Assembly (NCBI GenBank): GCA_035300745.1 | Contig: DATGVC010000225.1 | Location: 1-37,264 of the forward strand | Source: Gemmatimonadales bacterium | GTDB lineage: Bacteria > Gemmatimonadota > Gemmatimonadetes > Gemmatimonadales > GWC2-71-9 | Direction of reading: 5' to 3' | DNA length: 37,264 nucleotides | Shown here: positions 1 through 9,136 of the stretch, piece after piece | How the letters are laid out: the number at the start of each line of letters is the position of its first letter | How positions within the stretch are numbered: the first letter of the stretch is position 1 | Notes under the pieces: generated by a model | The model's database searches: none | What the model was told of the DNA's origin: nothing | What the model saw: the letters and a program-made list of their open reading frames with translations, nothing else | Made by a program: the position numbers and the translations under genes

Positions 1-2201
1 AGCAGATGGCGGCTCTGCGTCCAGGCAAACACCCACGGAATCGCGCGCAGCTGCTCGATCTCACCGCCCGGTTCTGTGCTTTGCCGTGACGCGGGGCGGC
101 TGCCGATTTCCATGCGCTGGATGACGTCGATTGGCGTCGCCTGCCGAAAGTACTCCACGAACTGTGGGTCCTCGTAGACGAGCGAACGGTAAGCCGCCTG
201 GCTGTCGCAGGCGATTGCATCCATGATGCTCGTCCAACCTGGCTCACGCGCATCCGGCGGGTGGGGGAGGGCGGTCGCGAGCGCCACGGCGCTCACCGTC
301 TGCTCGAGTGTGCGCATGGCGATGCCGCGCAGCCCGTACTTCGCATTGATGGCCTCGCCTTGTTCAGTCATCCGGTAGCGTCCCCGGACCGAGCGTGGCG
401 GCGCACTCAGAATGGCGCTCGTGATCCTGCCGCCGCCGCGGCTGACGGTGCCGCCGCGGCCGTGGAAGAAGGTGAGATCGACTCCAGACTGTTCCGTTGT
501 CTCCACGACCGCCGCCTGGGCCCGATGCAGCGCCCAGCGCGACGCGCCGATCCCCGCGTCCTTGTTGCTGTCGGAGTATCCCAGCATCACCATCTGGTGC
601 ATGCCCCGCTCGGCGAGGTGGGCGCGGTAGTAGGGGTCGTCGAGCAGGCTCCGCATGACGGCAGGGGCGGCCGCGAGGTCGGCCACGGTTTCGAAGAGAG
701 GCGCCACGTCCAGCGGTACATGCCCCCCCCTGGCTAGCCCCGCCCAACGAGCGAGCACCAGGACTGCGAGCACGTCGTCCGTTCCACGTGTCATGCTGAT
801 GATGTAAGGGCCCACGGCATCCGGCCCGAAGCGCGCGCGGCAGTCGGCGATTGCCTTGAAGACCTCGAGAGTACGCGAGGCGTCGGCGTCGGGCGATCCC
901 GCTGGCTCTTCTCCCTTCTCGAGCACCCGGCGCAGCCGCACGAGACGGTCGCCTGCGGTGCGTGCGTTCCACTCCGGGTCGCGCAATAAGCTCGAGAGCA
1001 CCGCGCGATGAACATGCGCATGTTGCCGCACGTCGATCGTGGCCAGGTGAAAGCCGAATGTCTCCACGCGGCGCAGCAGCCGCTGCACGCCGAACAGTCC
1101 TGCGTGCTCGCCGCGGTGCGCGCGCAGACTTGCGATGACCATGCCCAGATCCCGCTCGAGCTCGTGTGCGCCGGCGTATCCGTCCGGCGTATCGCGTCGC
1201 GTCGCTTCGAGCCGCGCTGCGATCAGGCGAAACAACACGCGATACGGCATGTCGTGATAGCGCGGGGGAATCGTGGCCAGCGTTTTAGGGAATTGCGCAC
1301 TATAGCACGCGACGCGCTCGCGCACGGCGTCGCTCACCCCCGTGAGCGCTCCCGACTGCGACAACCGGCGCGACAGCTCCATTGACTCCCGGCGATAGCG
1401 ATCGAGCAGCAATTCGCGTTGGCGAGCTAGGCCCGAGCGAAGTGTCTCGGCGCCGACGTTGGGGTTGCCGTCCATGTCCCCGCCGACCCAGGAGCCAAAT
1501 CGCAAAACCGGCCGGGCGGGCACTTCGACGCTGTACGCCTTGCGCACCGCTTGCTCCAGCTCTTCGGAGAACGGCGGGACGATGCGGTAGATGACGTCCG
1601 TCAGATAGAAGACCACGTTCTCGAGCTCGTCCATCACGGTGGGACGCGCCGAGGGGTGCGGATCGGTTTGCCACGCGGCCGTGACTTCCTCGCGAATCCG
1701 TGCCAGGGCGGCGCGTTCCTCATCAGGCGTACGCGACGGATCCAGCCGCTCCACGAGCAGCCGGCCGATCACCTGCTCCTTTTCGAGCAGCGTGCGCCGC
1801 GTCGCTTCGGTGGGATGCGCGGTGAAGACGGGCTCGACCCGCAGCCGCTGGAGCAGGGCGGCGACCTGGGGTGGCGTGACGCCGGAAGCGGCGAGCCGCA
1901 GGGCCGTGGCCTCGAGACTGCCCTCCTGCGGATCGCTGGCGCTGCGGAGATAGTCGCGCCGGCGGCGGATGCGGTGAATCCGCTCCGCGAGATTGATGAC
2001 CTCGAAGTAGGTGGCAAACGCACGGACCAGCGTTTCGGCATCGCGCGGCGGCAACGCGCGTATCAGCGCGTGCAGCTCGTCGTCGGCCCCGGCGATCGCG
2101 GCGTGCCGGACGCGCTCCACGAGTTGGAAGAACGCGTCACCGCACTGCTCGCGTAGTACGTCCCCGACCAGCGCGCCGAGCGTTCGCACGTCGTCCCGCA
2201 A
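1..2201 (-). CDS. ppc: Phosphoenolpyruvate carboxylase, partial (C-terminal ~150 aa lie beyond the left edge)
   Basis: The minus-strand frame is open to position 1. It is absent from the ORF track because it has no stop in the window. My translation gives PVFTAHPTEA (rc of ~1803-1832), QMVMLGYSDSNKD (rc of 558-596) and LTFFHGRGGTVSRGGG (rc of 429-476), the hallmark PEPC motifs, all in one frame. The N-terminus LRDDVRTLGALVGDVL is typical. The start is uncertain: TTG at 2201 has AAGGA 7 nt upstream; alternatives are GTG 2189 and ATG 2342. Confidence 0.92.
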   Translation of the reverse strand, partial: MRDDVRTLGALVGDVLREQCGDAFFQLVERVRHAAIAGADDELHALIRALPPRDAETLVRAFATYFEVINLAERIHRIRRRRDYLRSASDPQEGSLEATALRLAASGVTPPQVAALLQRLRVEPVFTAHPTEATRRTLLEKEQVIGRLLVERLDPSRTPDEERAALARIREEVTAAWQTDPHPSARPTVMDELENVVFYLTDVIYRIVPPFSEELEQAVRKAYSVEVPARPVLRFGSWVGGDMDGNPNVGAETLRSGLARQRELLLDRYRRESMELSRRLSQSGALTGVSDAVRERVACYSAQFPKTLATIPPRYHDMPYRVLFRLIAARLEATRRDTPDGYAGAHELERDLGMVIASLRAHRGEHAGLFGVQRLLRRVETFGFHLATIDVRQHAHVHRAVLSSLLRDPEWNARTAGDRLVRLRRVLEKGEEPAGSPDADASRTLEVFKAIADCRARFGPDAVGPYIISMTRGTDDVLAVLVLARWAGLARGGHVPLDVAPLFETVADLAAAPAVMRSLLDDPYYRAHLAERGMHQMVMLGYSDSNKDAGIGASRWALHRAQAAVVETTEQSGVDLTFFHGRGGTVSRGGGRITSAILSAPPRSVRGRYRMTEQGEAINAKYGLRGIAMRTLEQTVSAVALATALPHPPDAREPGWTSIMDAIACDSQAAYRSLVYEDPQFVEYFRQATPIDVIQRMEIGSRPASRQSTEPGGEIEQLRAIPWVFAWTQSRHL

Positions 2202-2241
2202 CTGCGCGTCCTTCGGCGCAAACTCGACGACGCGGCGTTCG

Positions 2242-5193
2242 TTAACCAGAGGCCTCCGCGGGTGTGAAGAGCCGGGCGGCCGCGACACCCCACGCCGCCA
2301 GATCGAGAGATGCCCGGCCGTCCCCGCCGACGGCAATCGCATCACCGTTCTGTTCGACGAGTGTGGTGCGTCGAGCAAGCTTGAACGCGTACGCTGCGGG
2401 CCAGACGCCGACGCTGCGCGCCTGTCCGGCAACATCGAGGAGCTTCACGATGGCGCCTTCACCGTCGTCCGCCGGCTTCGCCCCGACGATCATCACGCCT
2501 TTGTCGGCGTAGAACAGCGCGCGATCCTTCGCAATCAGGGGACCCGGCGTCCCATTGGTGTAGGGCGGGCTGACGTACAGCGGCTCGCAGGCCGCCCACC
2601 CGCGCCGCACCGGCTCGGTCACATCCCCCGGCGCGAGCAGCGATAGCCTGAACCGGAATGTCACCGGACCGCCCTGGGACGCCGCGTAGTTCGTGTGCCA
2701 ATAGTTGTTCATCGCGTAGGCGAACAGCGTACCATCGGGCACGATCGTCCGGCGCCAGGCGCCGCGGAATAGATCGTTCAGAGTGAAGAGCGGCGTATCG
2801 GGACCGCTCCACAGCACCCCGTCGTTCCCTTCGTGCAACCACACCCAGTGCGCGTGACAATACCAGTCACGGCAGCTTCCGGGTTGCTGATCGCGATCCA
2901 CGGCCATGCGGCCGAGCGGTACTTCGACATCGACTGTGGGTTTGATGAAGGCGAATGGGAATGCGATGTAGAGCGCTTCTTTCGCGACCGTGGCGGTCTT
3001 CACGATTCGATTCTCGATGTCGACCCAGGGCAGCTCATCATAGAGCGTGATCGTTGACGTGATGGTGGGGAAGCCCTCGAGCGCACGCTCGATCACGAGG
3101 CGCACGCCGATCCCGGGCAGGCGCTCGCGGTGACAGCGAACGAGCTTGGTCTGCGTGAGCACGAGTTGCGGCGGGTTTTTAAGATCGTCCCGGTCGCCTG
3201 AGGTCCAGAGCGCGCTGTGTTCGCCACCACGCGCGTACACAAGCTGATTCAAGCCCGACCAATCCGACGGCTTCACGCGCTCCTTGCCGTCCGGACCGGT
3301 GAGTGATTTGATGGCGCCACTCGCCTGGTCCAGCTGAACCGTAAATCCTCCCGCCTTGGCGTCGAGCGCCTCGCCGTCGGCTGCGGGCGGGCGAGTGTCG
3401 CGGTCCGCTTCGGTCAGTACCAGGTAGCCGATTGGGGGTACATCGCGGAATAGGACGAGCGCGTCGCCATCCTCGAGGTCAACGGACGCAAGCTCGCGCC
3501 CGTCTGTGCTGAGGGATTTGGCGGCGCCGCCCGGAACGCGCGCGACGTCGGTTCGGTCCCATGAGCCCGCATTGAACACGATGCGGCCGCGGCCGGCGCG
3601 TGAAGCCCGGCCGAGGCGCAGCAATCCGTCGCGCAGGTGGTCCCGCGCGGCGGCGGCACCGGAGTCGATGAAGCGTTTTTTGTACTCCCACTGCGCCACG
3701 GTTTGACGCGACGCCGGCGCCGCAACGCTTTCGTCCGCACCCCAGGTGTGCTCGCCGAACAGTAGGAGATCGCGCCACATGGCGGCGCGGGCATCGGTGC
3801 GCTCGCGCCGGCGCGCTACTGTGGTTTCGTCGCGCGGCTCGATGCGGTCATCCCAGAGCGCCACGATCTCGGACGCGCGGGCCATCAGTTGGGCGGACCG
3901 GAAGGCAGCCAGCTCCGCCGCCGTCGAGGCGGCGCCGTCCTCCCAATAGAGACCCGTGTCGCCGCGGCGGACCGGAATCTTCGTTCCATAGCGGCGCTCG
4001 ACGTCGCGGAAGAACTCTTCCGCGCGGCCCATGACGATGCGCGGAAACGTGAAGCGCCGGCCGAACTCCTGGACGTTGGTGACGATAGCTTCCTTCATAG
4101 GGGCATTGTCCTGCCAATCGGCACCGTAGAGCAGGGCGGTGTCATACGGCCAGTTCTGCGCGAGAAATGCCGGCTGATTGAGCAACCACTCGGAGAGACG
4201 GTGGCCCATTTCGTCGGGGCCGACATCGAAGCCGAAACGGGTACCGTCGCCGTAGTGATGCGCGCGCCAATGGAGCACGCGGCTCCCGTCGGGCCCCTCC
4301 CAGTAATAAAGCTGCGGGTACGCGGTGCCTTCAGCGCCGCCGCTCGCCGGCAGCAGTGGCGCGGCGCGCTCGGGATTGGGACCGCTGGCGAGGTACTTCA
4401 CGCCGCTCGCGGCCAAGAGCATCGGGAAGGTCAGCGTCTGCCCGGGGACGTCGGTGATTTGCGCGGAGAGGAAGTTCAGTCCCCGCTCGCGCGCCAGCCT
4501 GCCCGCCGGCCACACGAGCCGGGCGAACGTCTCGTGATCAAGGATCCCGGTGAGCATGTTCGCGAATAGCGCCTGCCATCCGATCTTGCCGTCGCGGATC
4601 GCCTGCACCAGCGCGTCGCCCGATTCAGGCGAGCGGTTCTCCAGGTACGACAGCACCTGTAGCACGCACTCGGCGGTGAAATGAAAGTCGCGATGCGTCG
4701 ACGTCCACGCGAGCGCCGCGTCGAGATTCTTGCGATGGGTCTCGAGTGCCCGCTCCTGAAGGTCGGTGTACCCGACGTCGGTATGGATCGAGGGGAGCCA
4801 GTAGAGCGTCCAGCGTTTCGCCGGGGTGAGACGCAGCCGTCGCCGTGCGGCGCGGTCGCGTCCGACTTCGACGTCGATCTGAAAATCCGACGGCTCCGAG
4901 AGTGGAACCCACACTTCGCCGCTCAACGCCACGCCCCCCCCCTGCGCCAGCGGCAACAACCCCGCGTTGCCGACGAGCGCGCCGCGCCGGTCCGTCACGC
5001 GCGCGCGTGCCGCAGGGGCACTCAGACCGGAGACGGTGATGCGGACGAGATTCTTGCGTCCCTCGGGCTGTTGAAAGAGCGCGGTGGGGCGGACGTCGAT
5101 GACCGGCTGCTGCGCGGCGCGGCGACCGATCGCCCTCCAACCCGCGAGCGAGGAGAGGAAACTCAGGAACGTCCGACGATCAGAACGCAGCAT
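2242..5193 (-). CDS. Secreted glycoside hydrolase family 38-like protein (alpha-mannosidase-like) with a twin-arginine signal
   Basis: 983-aa ORF with an ATG start at 5193. The N-terminus SDRRTFLSFLSSLAG fits the Tat consensus (S/T-R-R-x-F-L). LPSIHTDVGYTD followed by HRDFHFTAE resembles the GH38 N-terminal metal-binding core. The family call is from memory of motifs, not a search. Confidence 0.7.
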   Translation of the reverse strand: MLRSDRRTFLSFLSSLAGWRAIGRRAAQQPVIDVRPTALFQQPEGRKNLVRITVSGLSAPAARARVTDRRGALVGNAGLLPLAQGGGVALSGEVWVPLSEPSDFQIDVEVGRDRAARRRLRLTPAKRWTLYWLPSIHTDVGYTDLQERALETHRKNLDAALAWTSTHRDFHFTAECVLQVLSYLENRSPESGDALVQAIRDGKIGWQALFANMLTGILDHETFARLVWPAGRLARERGLNFLSAQITDVPGQTLTFPMLLAASGVKYLASGPNPERAAPLLPASGGAEGTAYPQLYYWEGPDGSRVLHWRAHHYGDGTRFGFDVGPDEMGHRLSEWLLNQPAFLAQNWPYDTALLYGADWQDNAPMKEAIVTNVQEFGRRFTFPRIVMGRAEEFFRDVERRYGTKIPVRRGDTGLYWEDGAASTAAELAAFRSAQLMARASEIVALWDDRIEPRDETTVARRRERTDARAAMWRDLLLFGEHTWGADESVAAPASRQTVAQWEYKKRFIDSGAAAARDHLRDGLLRLGRASRAGRGRIVFNAGSWDRTDVARVPGGAAKSLSTDGRELASVDLEDGDALVLFRDVPPIGYLVLTEADRDTRPPAADGEALDAKAGGFTVQLDQASGAIKSLTGPDGKERVKPSDWSGLNQLVYARGGEHSALWTSGDRDDLKNPPQLVLTQTKLVRCHRERLPGIGVRLVIERALEGFPTITSTITLYDELPWVDIENRIVKTATVAKEALYIAFPFAFIKPTVDVEVPLGRMAVDRDQQPGSCRDWYCHAHWVWLHEGNDGVLWSGPDTPLFTLNDLFRGAWRRTIVPDGTLFAYAMNNYWHTNYAASQGGPVTFRFRLSLLAPGDVTEPVRRGWAACEPLYVSPPYTNGTPGPLIAKDRALFYADKGVMIVGAKPADDGEGAIVKLLDVAGQARSVGVWPAAYAFKLARRTTLVEQNGDAIAVGGDGRASLDLAAWGVAAARLFTPAEASG

Positions 5194-5215
5194 GATTCCT
5201 ATAACTTAGCGCTGC

Positions 5216-5244
5216 TTGACTGCGCAGGTCCCCTATGTACGTTT
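5216..5244 (+). promoter_or_regulatory. Candidate sigma-70-type promoter for the small lipoprotein gene (TTGACT-N17-TACGTT)
   Basis: TTGACT lies at 5216-5221 and TACGTT at 5239-5244, with a 17-nt spacer, about 35 nt upstream of the ATG at 5280. The -10 element is weak. Confidence 0.2.
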
Positions 5245-5279
5245 CCGTCTCCCGACCCCGTACCTCAACAGGAGCTAGC

Positions 5280-5525
5280 ATGAAGCGTATCGCATTGGCC
5301 GTGGCGGTCGTCGTCATGGCCGCTGGCGCGTGCACGAAGGCACAGAACAACAACGCCAACACCACGCGTGCAGACACGACGAGAATGGCTGACTCGATGA
5401 AGATGATGGCGCCGGCTGACACGACGCATCACATGGCGGCCGACACGGCCAAGGCACACGTGACGCCCACGCCTAAGCCTGCGCCGCCGCCTCCGCCGGC
5501 GCGGAAGCCGACGCGGCGCCCGTAG
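5280..5525 (+). CDS. Small (81 aa) Met/His-rich lipoprotein with a Pro-rich tail
   Basis: Internal ATG at 5280, in frame with the track ORF 5235..5525. AGGAG sits 6 nt upstream. The signal peptide MKRIALAVAVVVMAAGAC has a lipobox Cys. The mature part contains MADSMKMMAPADTTHHMAAD and PKPAPPPPPARKP. Confidence 0.6.
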   Translation: MKRIALAVAVVVMAAGACTKAQNNNANTTRADTTRMADSMKMMAPADTTHHMAADTAKAHVTPTPKPAPPPPPARKPTRRP

Positions 5526-5545
5526 CGACGCGCGGTAGCAGGAAA

Positions 5546-6571
5546 TCAAGCCCGGGCGCCGCCCGGGCTTTTGTTTTGTTGGACCGACCGCAAGATCGCC
5601 GTACGCGTATCGAATGGCGGCGTCCAGCCCAGCTCGCTGCGGATTCGTTCGACCGAGTATGGGTTGTCCCCAAGAATAAACGACAGCGCCGCATTCCCCA
5701 GTGCCGTGTAGCGGCCCGGCAGGAAGAGCCGCATCAAGACCCTCCAGACGCCTACCCCGATCCGAATGAGCGGGACGGGCACCGGAATGCGGCGCGGCCG
5801 CAGCCCTAACGCCTCGGCAAAGGCCGCGAAGAACTCCCGCTGCGTAAGCAGCGGTGGCGCATCGCGGGTCACGTTGTAGGCCCGGAATCCTGATTTCGCC
5901 GGCGCGTCGAGCGCCGCGATAATCGCCGAGGCGACGTTACCGGCGTAGATGCACGACAGATGATTCGTCCCCCGGCCGATCTGCGGCAGGAAGCCGCGCC
6001 GGAGATTTGCGATCAACCGCCGTGTGAATAGCAGATCCCGCTCACCGTAGACGACATTGGGCCGGATCGCGATGACGGAGAGTCGCGCCGCCTCTTGCTG
6101 CACCAGCTGCTCCGCCGCCCGCTTACTGCGGGCGTAGAAATCCGAGGCGGGAAGCGGCTGAAACGGATAGTCCTCGGTGACGCCGCCTTCGCGCTCGCCC
6201 GCCGCGTACACCGCCGTGCGGCCATACACGGCCACGGTCGAGATGTAAATGAGACGCGCTCCAGTTCGGCGCGCAGCATCGATTGCGAGCCGTGTGCCAC
6301 CGACATTGACGCGGGTGAAATCCTCGAAGGAATCGTGCGATGCAACGAGGGCAGCGGCGTGAATAATCGCCTGCACGCCCTGCGACGCGCGCTGCCACGT
6401 GATGACGTCGGTGACGTCGCCGACGACCGCCTCGGCGCCGAACGCCTCGACGACCGCGCGCGAGTGTTCGCGCACCAGGGCACGCGGAGGGGGGCTCTCG
6501 CCCCGCGCCCGCAGCGCGTCGAGCACATGGGTGCCGACGAGCCCGGCGCCGCCCGTGACGAGAACCGTCAC
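5546..6571 (-). CDS. NAD-dependent epimerase/dehydratase (extended SDR family)
   Basis: The N-terminal VLVTGGAGLVGTHV is a Rossmann GxxGxxG motif. A YARSK (YxxxK) catalytic motif is present. The GTG start at 6571 overlaps the upstream stop (GTGA). Confidence 0.85.
   Translation of the reverse strand: MTVLVTGGAGLVGTHVLDALRARGESPPPRALVREHSRAVVEAFGAEAVVGDVTDVITWQRASQGVQAIIHAAALVASHDSFEDFTRVNVGGTRLAIDAARRTGARLIYISTVAVYGRTAVYAAGEREGGVTEDYPFQPLPASDFYARSKRAAEQLVQQEAARLSVIAIRPNVVYGERDLLFTRRLIANLRRGFLPQIGRGTNHLSCIYAGNVASAIIAALDAPAKSGFRAYNVTRDAPPLLTQREFFAAFAEALGLRPRRIPVPVPLIRIGVGVWRVLMRLFLPGRYTALGNAALSFILGDNPYSVERIRSELGWTPPFDTRTAILRSVQQNKSPGGARA
5549..5580 (+). terminator. Rho-independent terminator for the lipoprotein gene
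   Basis: 9-bp GC stem agcccgggc / gcccgggct (5549-5557 and 5561-5569) with a 3-nt loop, followed by ttttgttttgtt. It lies inside the last codons of the convergent epimerase gene. Confidence 0.6.
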
Positions 6572-7635
6572 GCGGGAGTGACGCGTGGAGCGTCGAACGG
6601 CAGTCCGACGACGCGGGCTTCGCGCCCGGCGGCGCGCACGGTGGCCCCCAGCGGCAGTTCGCGGCGCACGATGGCAAGGCCGATCCAGCGGCCGAGCACC
6701 GACCCACCGCCGTCCGGCAGCCAGGCGATGCTGGACACGCGGCCCACATCGCGCTCCTCGTGGGTGACGGCGCTCCAGCCGCTCGCCGGTGCAGCGGGCG
6801 GATCGGACTCGAACAGCAGGCCGCGCAAGTGCCGGTTCGGATGCCCGCGGAAATGCAGGCGGCTCACGGTCTCCTGGCCTGTGTAGCAGCCCTTGGTGTA
6901 GGACACGCCGCCGATTTCATCGAAGCGCACTTCCTGCGGAATCGTCTTCTCGTCCACCTCGGAAGCGAGTCGGGGCCAGCCCGCCAGGATGCGCGCCAGT
7001 TCCAGTGCCTCGGGCGTGGCGGCGTGCGCGCCGGCGTCGACCAGCCGCCGTTGCATTGCCACGAGGTGTTCGGCCGCCATCGTGACCTGAAAAACGAACG
7101 GTGCGACATCGCTCGTCCGTGCGACTTCGAGCGGTGTCCCGCCGGCGGAGCCTTCCACCACGCGATTCGAGGCGTGTGGCACCGGGAACCCAGCGGCGCC
7201 CATGACGGCTACGGCGTGCGCGCCCGCGATGCGGAACACCGCGGTGTCTTCCGTGCGATCGCTGGAGCGTGCGAGTCGTGGGGGGACCGAGCGCTGCAGA
7301 ATCATCATCGCGCGCTCGCGACCCTCCGCCGGGACGGTGAAGCGCACGCGCGATCCGAGACGCGCCGCCCAGCCATCGACGACGATCATCCCCTTGGGCG
7401 TGAGCAGCGCGCCGTAGACGAACGCACCGTCTCCCGGCTTTTCGATATCGCTGGTGAGCAAGCCTTGAAAGCACGTGATCGCGCCCTGGCCCGGCCCAAT
7501 GAGATCGATGATCCCGACGTCCGCGGGTGCGACGATCGCGCCGGCGCGCAGTTGATCGACGATCTCGGCGGGCACAGCGTCCCGCTCGAGCCGCGTCACG
7601 GTTGCAGTAGGCGCGCCGGGAAAGACGTCGCTCAT
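6568..7635 (-). CDS. ygfZ: Folate-binding YgfZ/CAF17-type (GcvT-like) protein
   Basis: The C-terminal KGCYTGQETVSRLHFRG is the YgfZ signature (K-G-C-Y-x-G-Q-E). I chose the internal ATG at 7635 (MSDVFPG...) rather than the track start at 7803, because it forms an ATGA overlap with the HAD gene stop and the 56-aa extension is Arg-rich junk. Confidence 0.8.
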   Translation of the reverse strand: MSDVFPGAPTATVTRLERDAVPAEIVDQLRAGAIVAPADVGIIDLIGPGQGAITCFQGLLTSDIEKPGDGAFVYGALLTPKGMIVVDGWAARLGSRVRFTVPAEGRERAMMILQRSVPPRLARSSDRTEDTAVFRIAGAHAVAVMGAAGFPVPHASNRVVEGSAGGTPLEVARTSDVAPFVFQVTMAAEHLVAMQRRLVDAGAHAATPEALELARILAGWPRLASEVDEKTIPQEVRFDEIGGVSYTKGCYTGQETVSRLHFRGHPNRHLRGLLFESDPPAAPASGWSAVTHEERDVGRVSSIAWLPDGGGSVLGRWIGLAIVRRELPLGATVRAAGREARVVGLPFDAPRVTPA

Positions 7636-8303
7636 AAATCGGCCAGCTCGCGAGCGGTGTGACCGGCGAGCGAGTCCCAAACCAGTGCAGCGCCACTTCC
7701 CTGGAGCGCTCGCGAAGGATGACTGGTCGTCAGCATAATGCACGCCATCCCGGCCGAGCGCGCCGCCGTGAGCCCATGCAACGAGTCCTCTATTGCGACG
7801 CACGCCGGCGGCGCCACCGCGCCTCGCCGCGTGAATGCACTGATCGCAGCCAGATAGCCGGCGGGATCGGGTTTGCAGCGCGACACGTCGTCTGCGGTGA
7901 TGATGGTCTCGAACCGATCTGCCAGTCCGGTACGGCTCAGGACGACATCGATCTCCCGTCGCAGCGCGCCTGACACGATCCCCAGCCGGTAGTGTTGGCC
8001 CGCATCCTGCACGAACTCGGCGGCGCCTCGGACCATCTGCAATGATGCCGAGATGAGTCGGAGATACACCCGCGACTTTTCGTCCACGAGGCGATTCAGC
8101 ACCTGGGTCGTGAGGGTTCGGTTGGCGCGGCGATACGCCTCGACGAATCCGGTGCGATCATCGAGTCCGAGATAATGGCTGTAGTACTGCTCGCGTGATA
8201 GCGCGATGCCCTCGTCGGCGAGGACGTTTTGAAGCGCCTCACAATGCTGCGCTTCGTCGTCCACCAGCACGCCGTTGAAATCAAACAGCACAGCTTCGGT
8301 CAC
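7632..8303 (-). CDS. HAD-superfamily hydrolase (beta-phosphoglucomutase/phosphatase-like, subfamily IA)
   Basis: Motif I is LFDFNGVLVDDE. Later motifs are IVSGA, K-P-D-P and IEDS. The preferred start is GTG 8303, which has AAGGAG 5 nt upstream and a GTGA overlap with the upstream stop. The track start is GTG 8321. Confidence 0.8.
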   Translation of the reverse strand: MTEAVLFDFNGVLVDDEAQHCEALQNVLADEGIALSREQYYSHYLGLDDRTGFVEAYRRANRTLTTQVLNRLVDEKSRVYLRLISASLQMVRGAAEFVQDAGQHYRLGIVSGALRREIDVVLSRTGLADRFETIITADDVSRCKPDPAGYLAAISAFTRRGAVAPPACVAIEDSLHGLTAARSAGMACIMLTTSHPSRALQGSGAALVWDSLAGHTARELADL

Positions 8304-9136
8304 AGCGTCTCCTTCAACCACGCGACGATATTCGGCCAGCAGGAAGCGCGCGCTCGCTCACTCAACACCATGCCGCGGTGCGACAGTCCCGGCTCGATCA
8401 CCAGCTTCTTACGGCCGGTGCCGACGCGCTCGACCACCTCGCGGCATGCCTTGGGCGGCGCAAAGACCCAGTCGGCGCCGCCCGCCACGCCGAGATACGG
8501 CGTGCTGAGCGCGGCGAGGCCGGCAAAATAGTCGAAGCCGTCCGTCCCAAGCCATCGACCCCGCACGTTCCACTCCATCCATTCCGCGATGATCTCCGCC
8601 GCTTCGTCTTCATTGCCGAAGCGCAGCGCGCGTGCTGGGAAGTGGCCCAACAGCCGCGACACGGCCATCGTCGCGGCGGCGAGCGAACGCCGCACGGGCC
8701 CGAGACGGCGCGGACCAGGAGTCCCGAGCGTCACCATGCAGCGAATCGGCGCCGCGGCTGCCACGCGCGCAAGCCAGCACAGCCCCGCGGCGCCGCCGGC
8801 GGAATGCCCCAGCCACGCGAGCGGCGCGCCGTCCGTCTCTTCGCGCACGCGCGCGACCAGGGTGGGCGCGTCGTGCAGCACCCAGTCCTCAAACGTCCAC
8901 GCGCCGCGCCGTGGTTCGCGAGCGCTTTCGCCATGATGGCGCAGGTCGGCGAGCCAGACGTCGAACCCGGCGGCGCCGACAAAATGTGCCATGCCTGCGT
9001 GCAGCCAGAAACGGTGGTTGGTAAAGGCGCCATGGACGAAGAGAACGGCGGGGCGGCCATCGCGATACGCCCGCAAGCGGTGCAGCGCCAGATCCACGCC
9101 GTCAGGCGTCGTGACCCGACGTGCTCCACCCGTCAT
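8300..9136 (-). CDS. Alpha/beta-fold hydrolase
   Basis: VLFVHGAFTNHRFW (oxyanion region) and the GHSAGG nucleophile elbow (GxSxG). The ATG at 9136 overlaps the glcF stop (ATGA). Confidence 0.8.
   Translation of the reverse strand: MTGGARRVTTPDGVDLALHRLRAYRDGRPAVLFVHGAFTNHRFWLHAGMAHFVGAAGFDVWLADLRHHGESAREPRRGAWTFEDWVLHDAPTLVARVREETDGAPLAWLGHSAGGAAGLCWLARVAAAAPIRCMVTLGTPGPRRLGPVRRSLAAATMAVSRLLGHFPARALRFGNEDEAAEIIAEWMEWNVRGRWLGTDGFDYFAGLAALSTPYLGVAGGADWVFAPPKACREVVERVGTGRKKLVIEPGLSHRGMVLSERARASCWPNIVAWLKETL

Noticed and set aside
261-2156. Multiple 60-260-aa ORFs in the track on both strands over the first 2.2 kb
   Set aside because: All lie within or antisense to the ppc reading frame, which carries three unambiguous PEPC motifs. 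Their translations are Arg/Ala/Gly/Pro-rich mirror-frame products typical of high-GC DNA.
2202-2342. An in-frame ATG at 2342 as the ppc start
   Set aside because: It would add about 47 residues of non-PEPC-like sequence and overlap the GH38 gene by about 100 nt. The conserved PEPC N-terminus (LRDDVRTLG...) begins at the TTG at 2201, which also has an AAGGA SD. The start remains uncertain.
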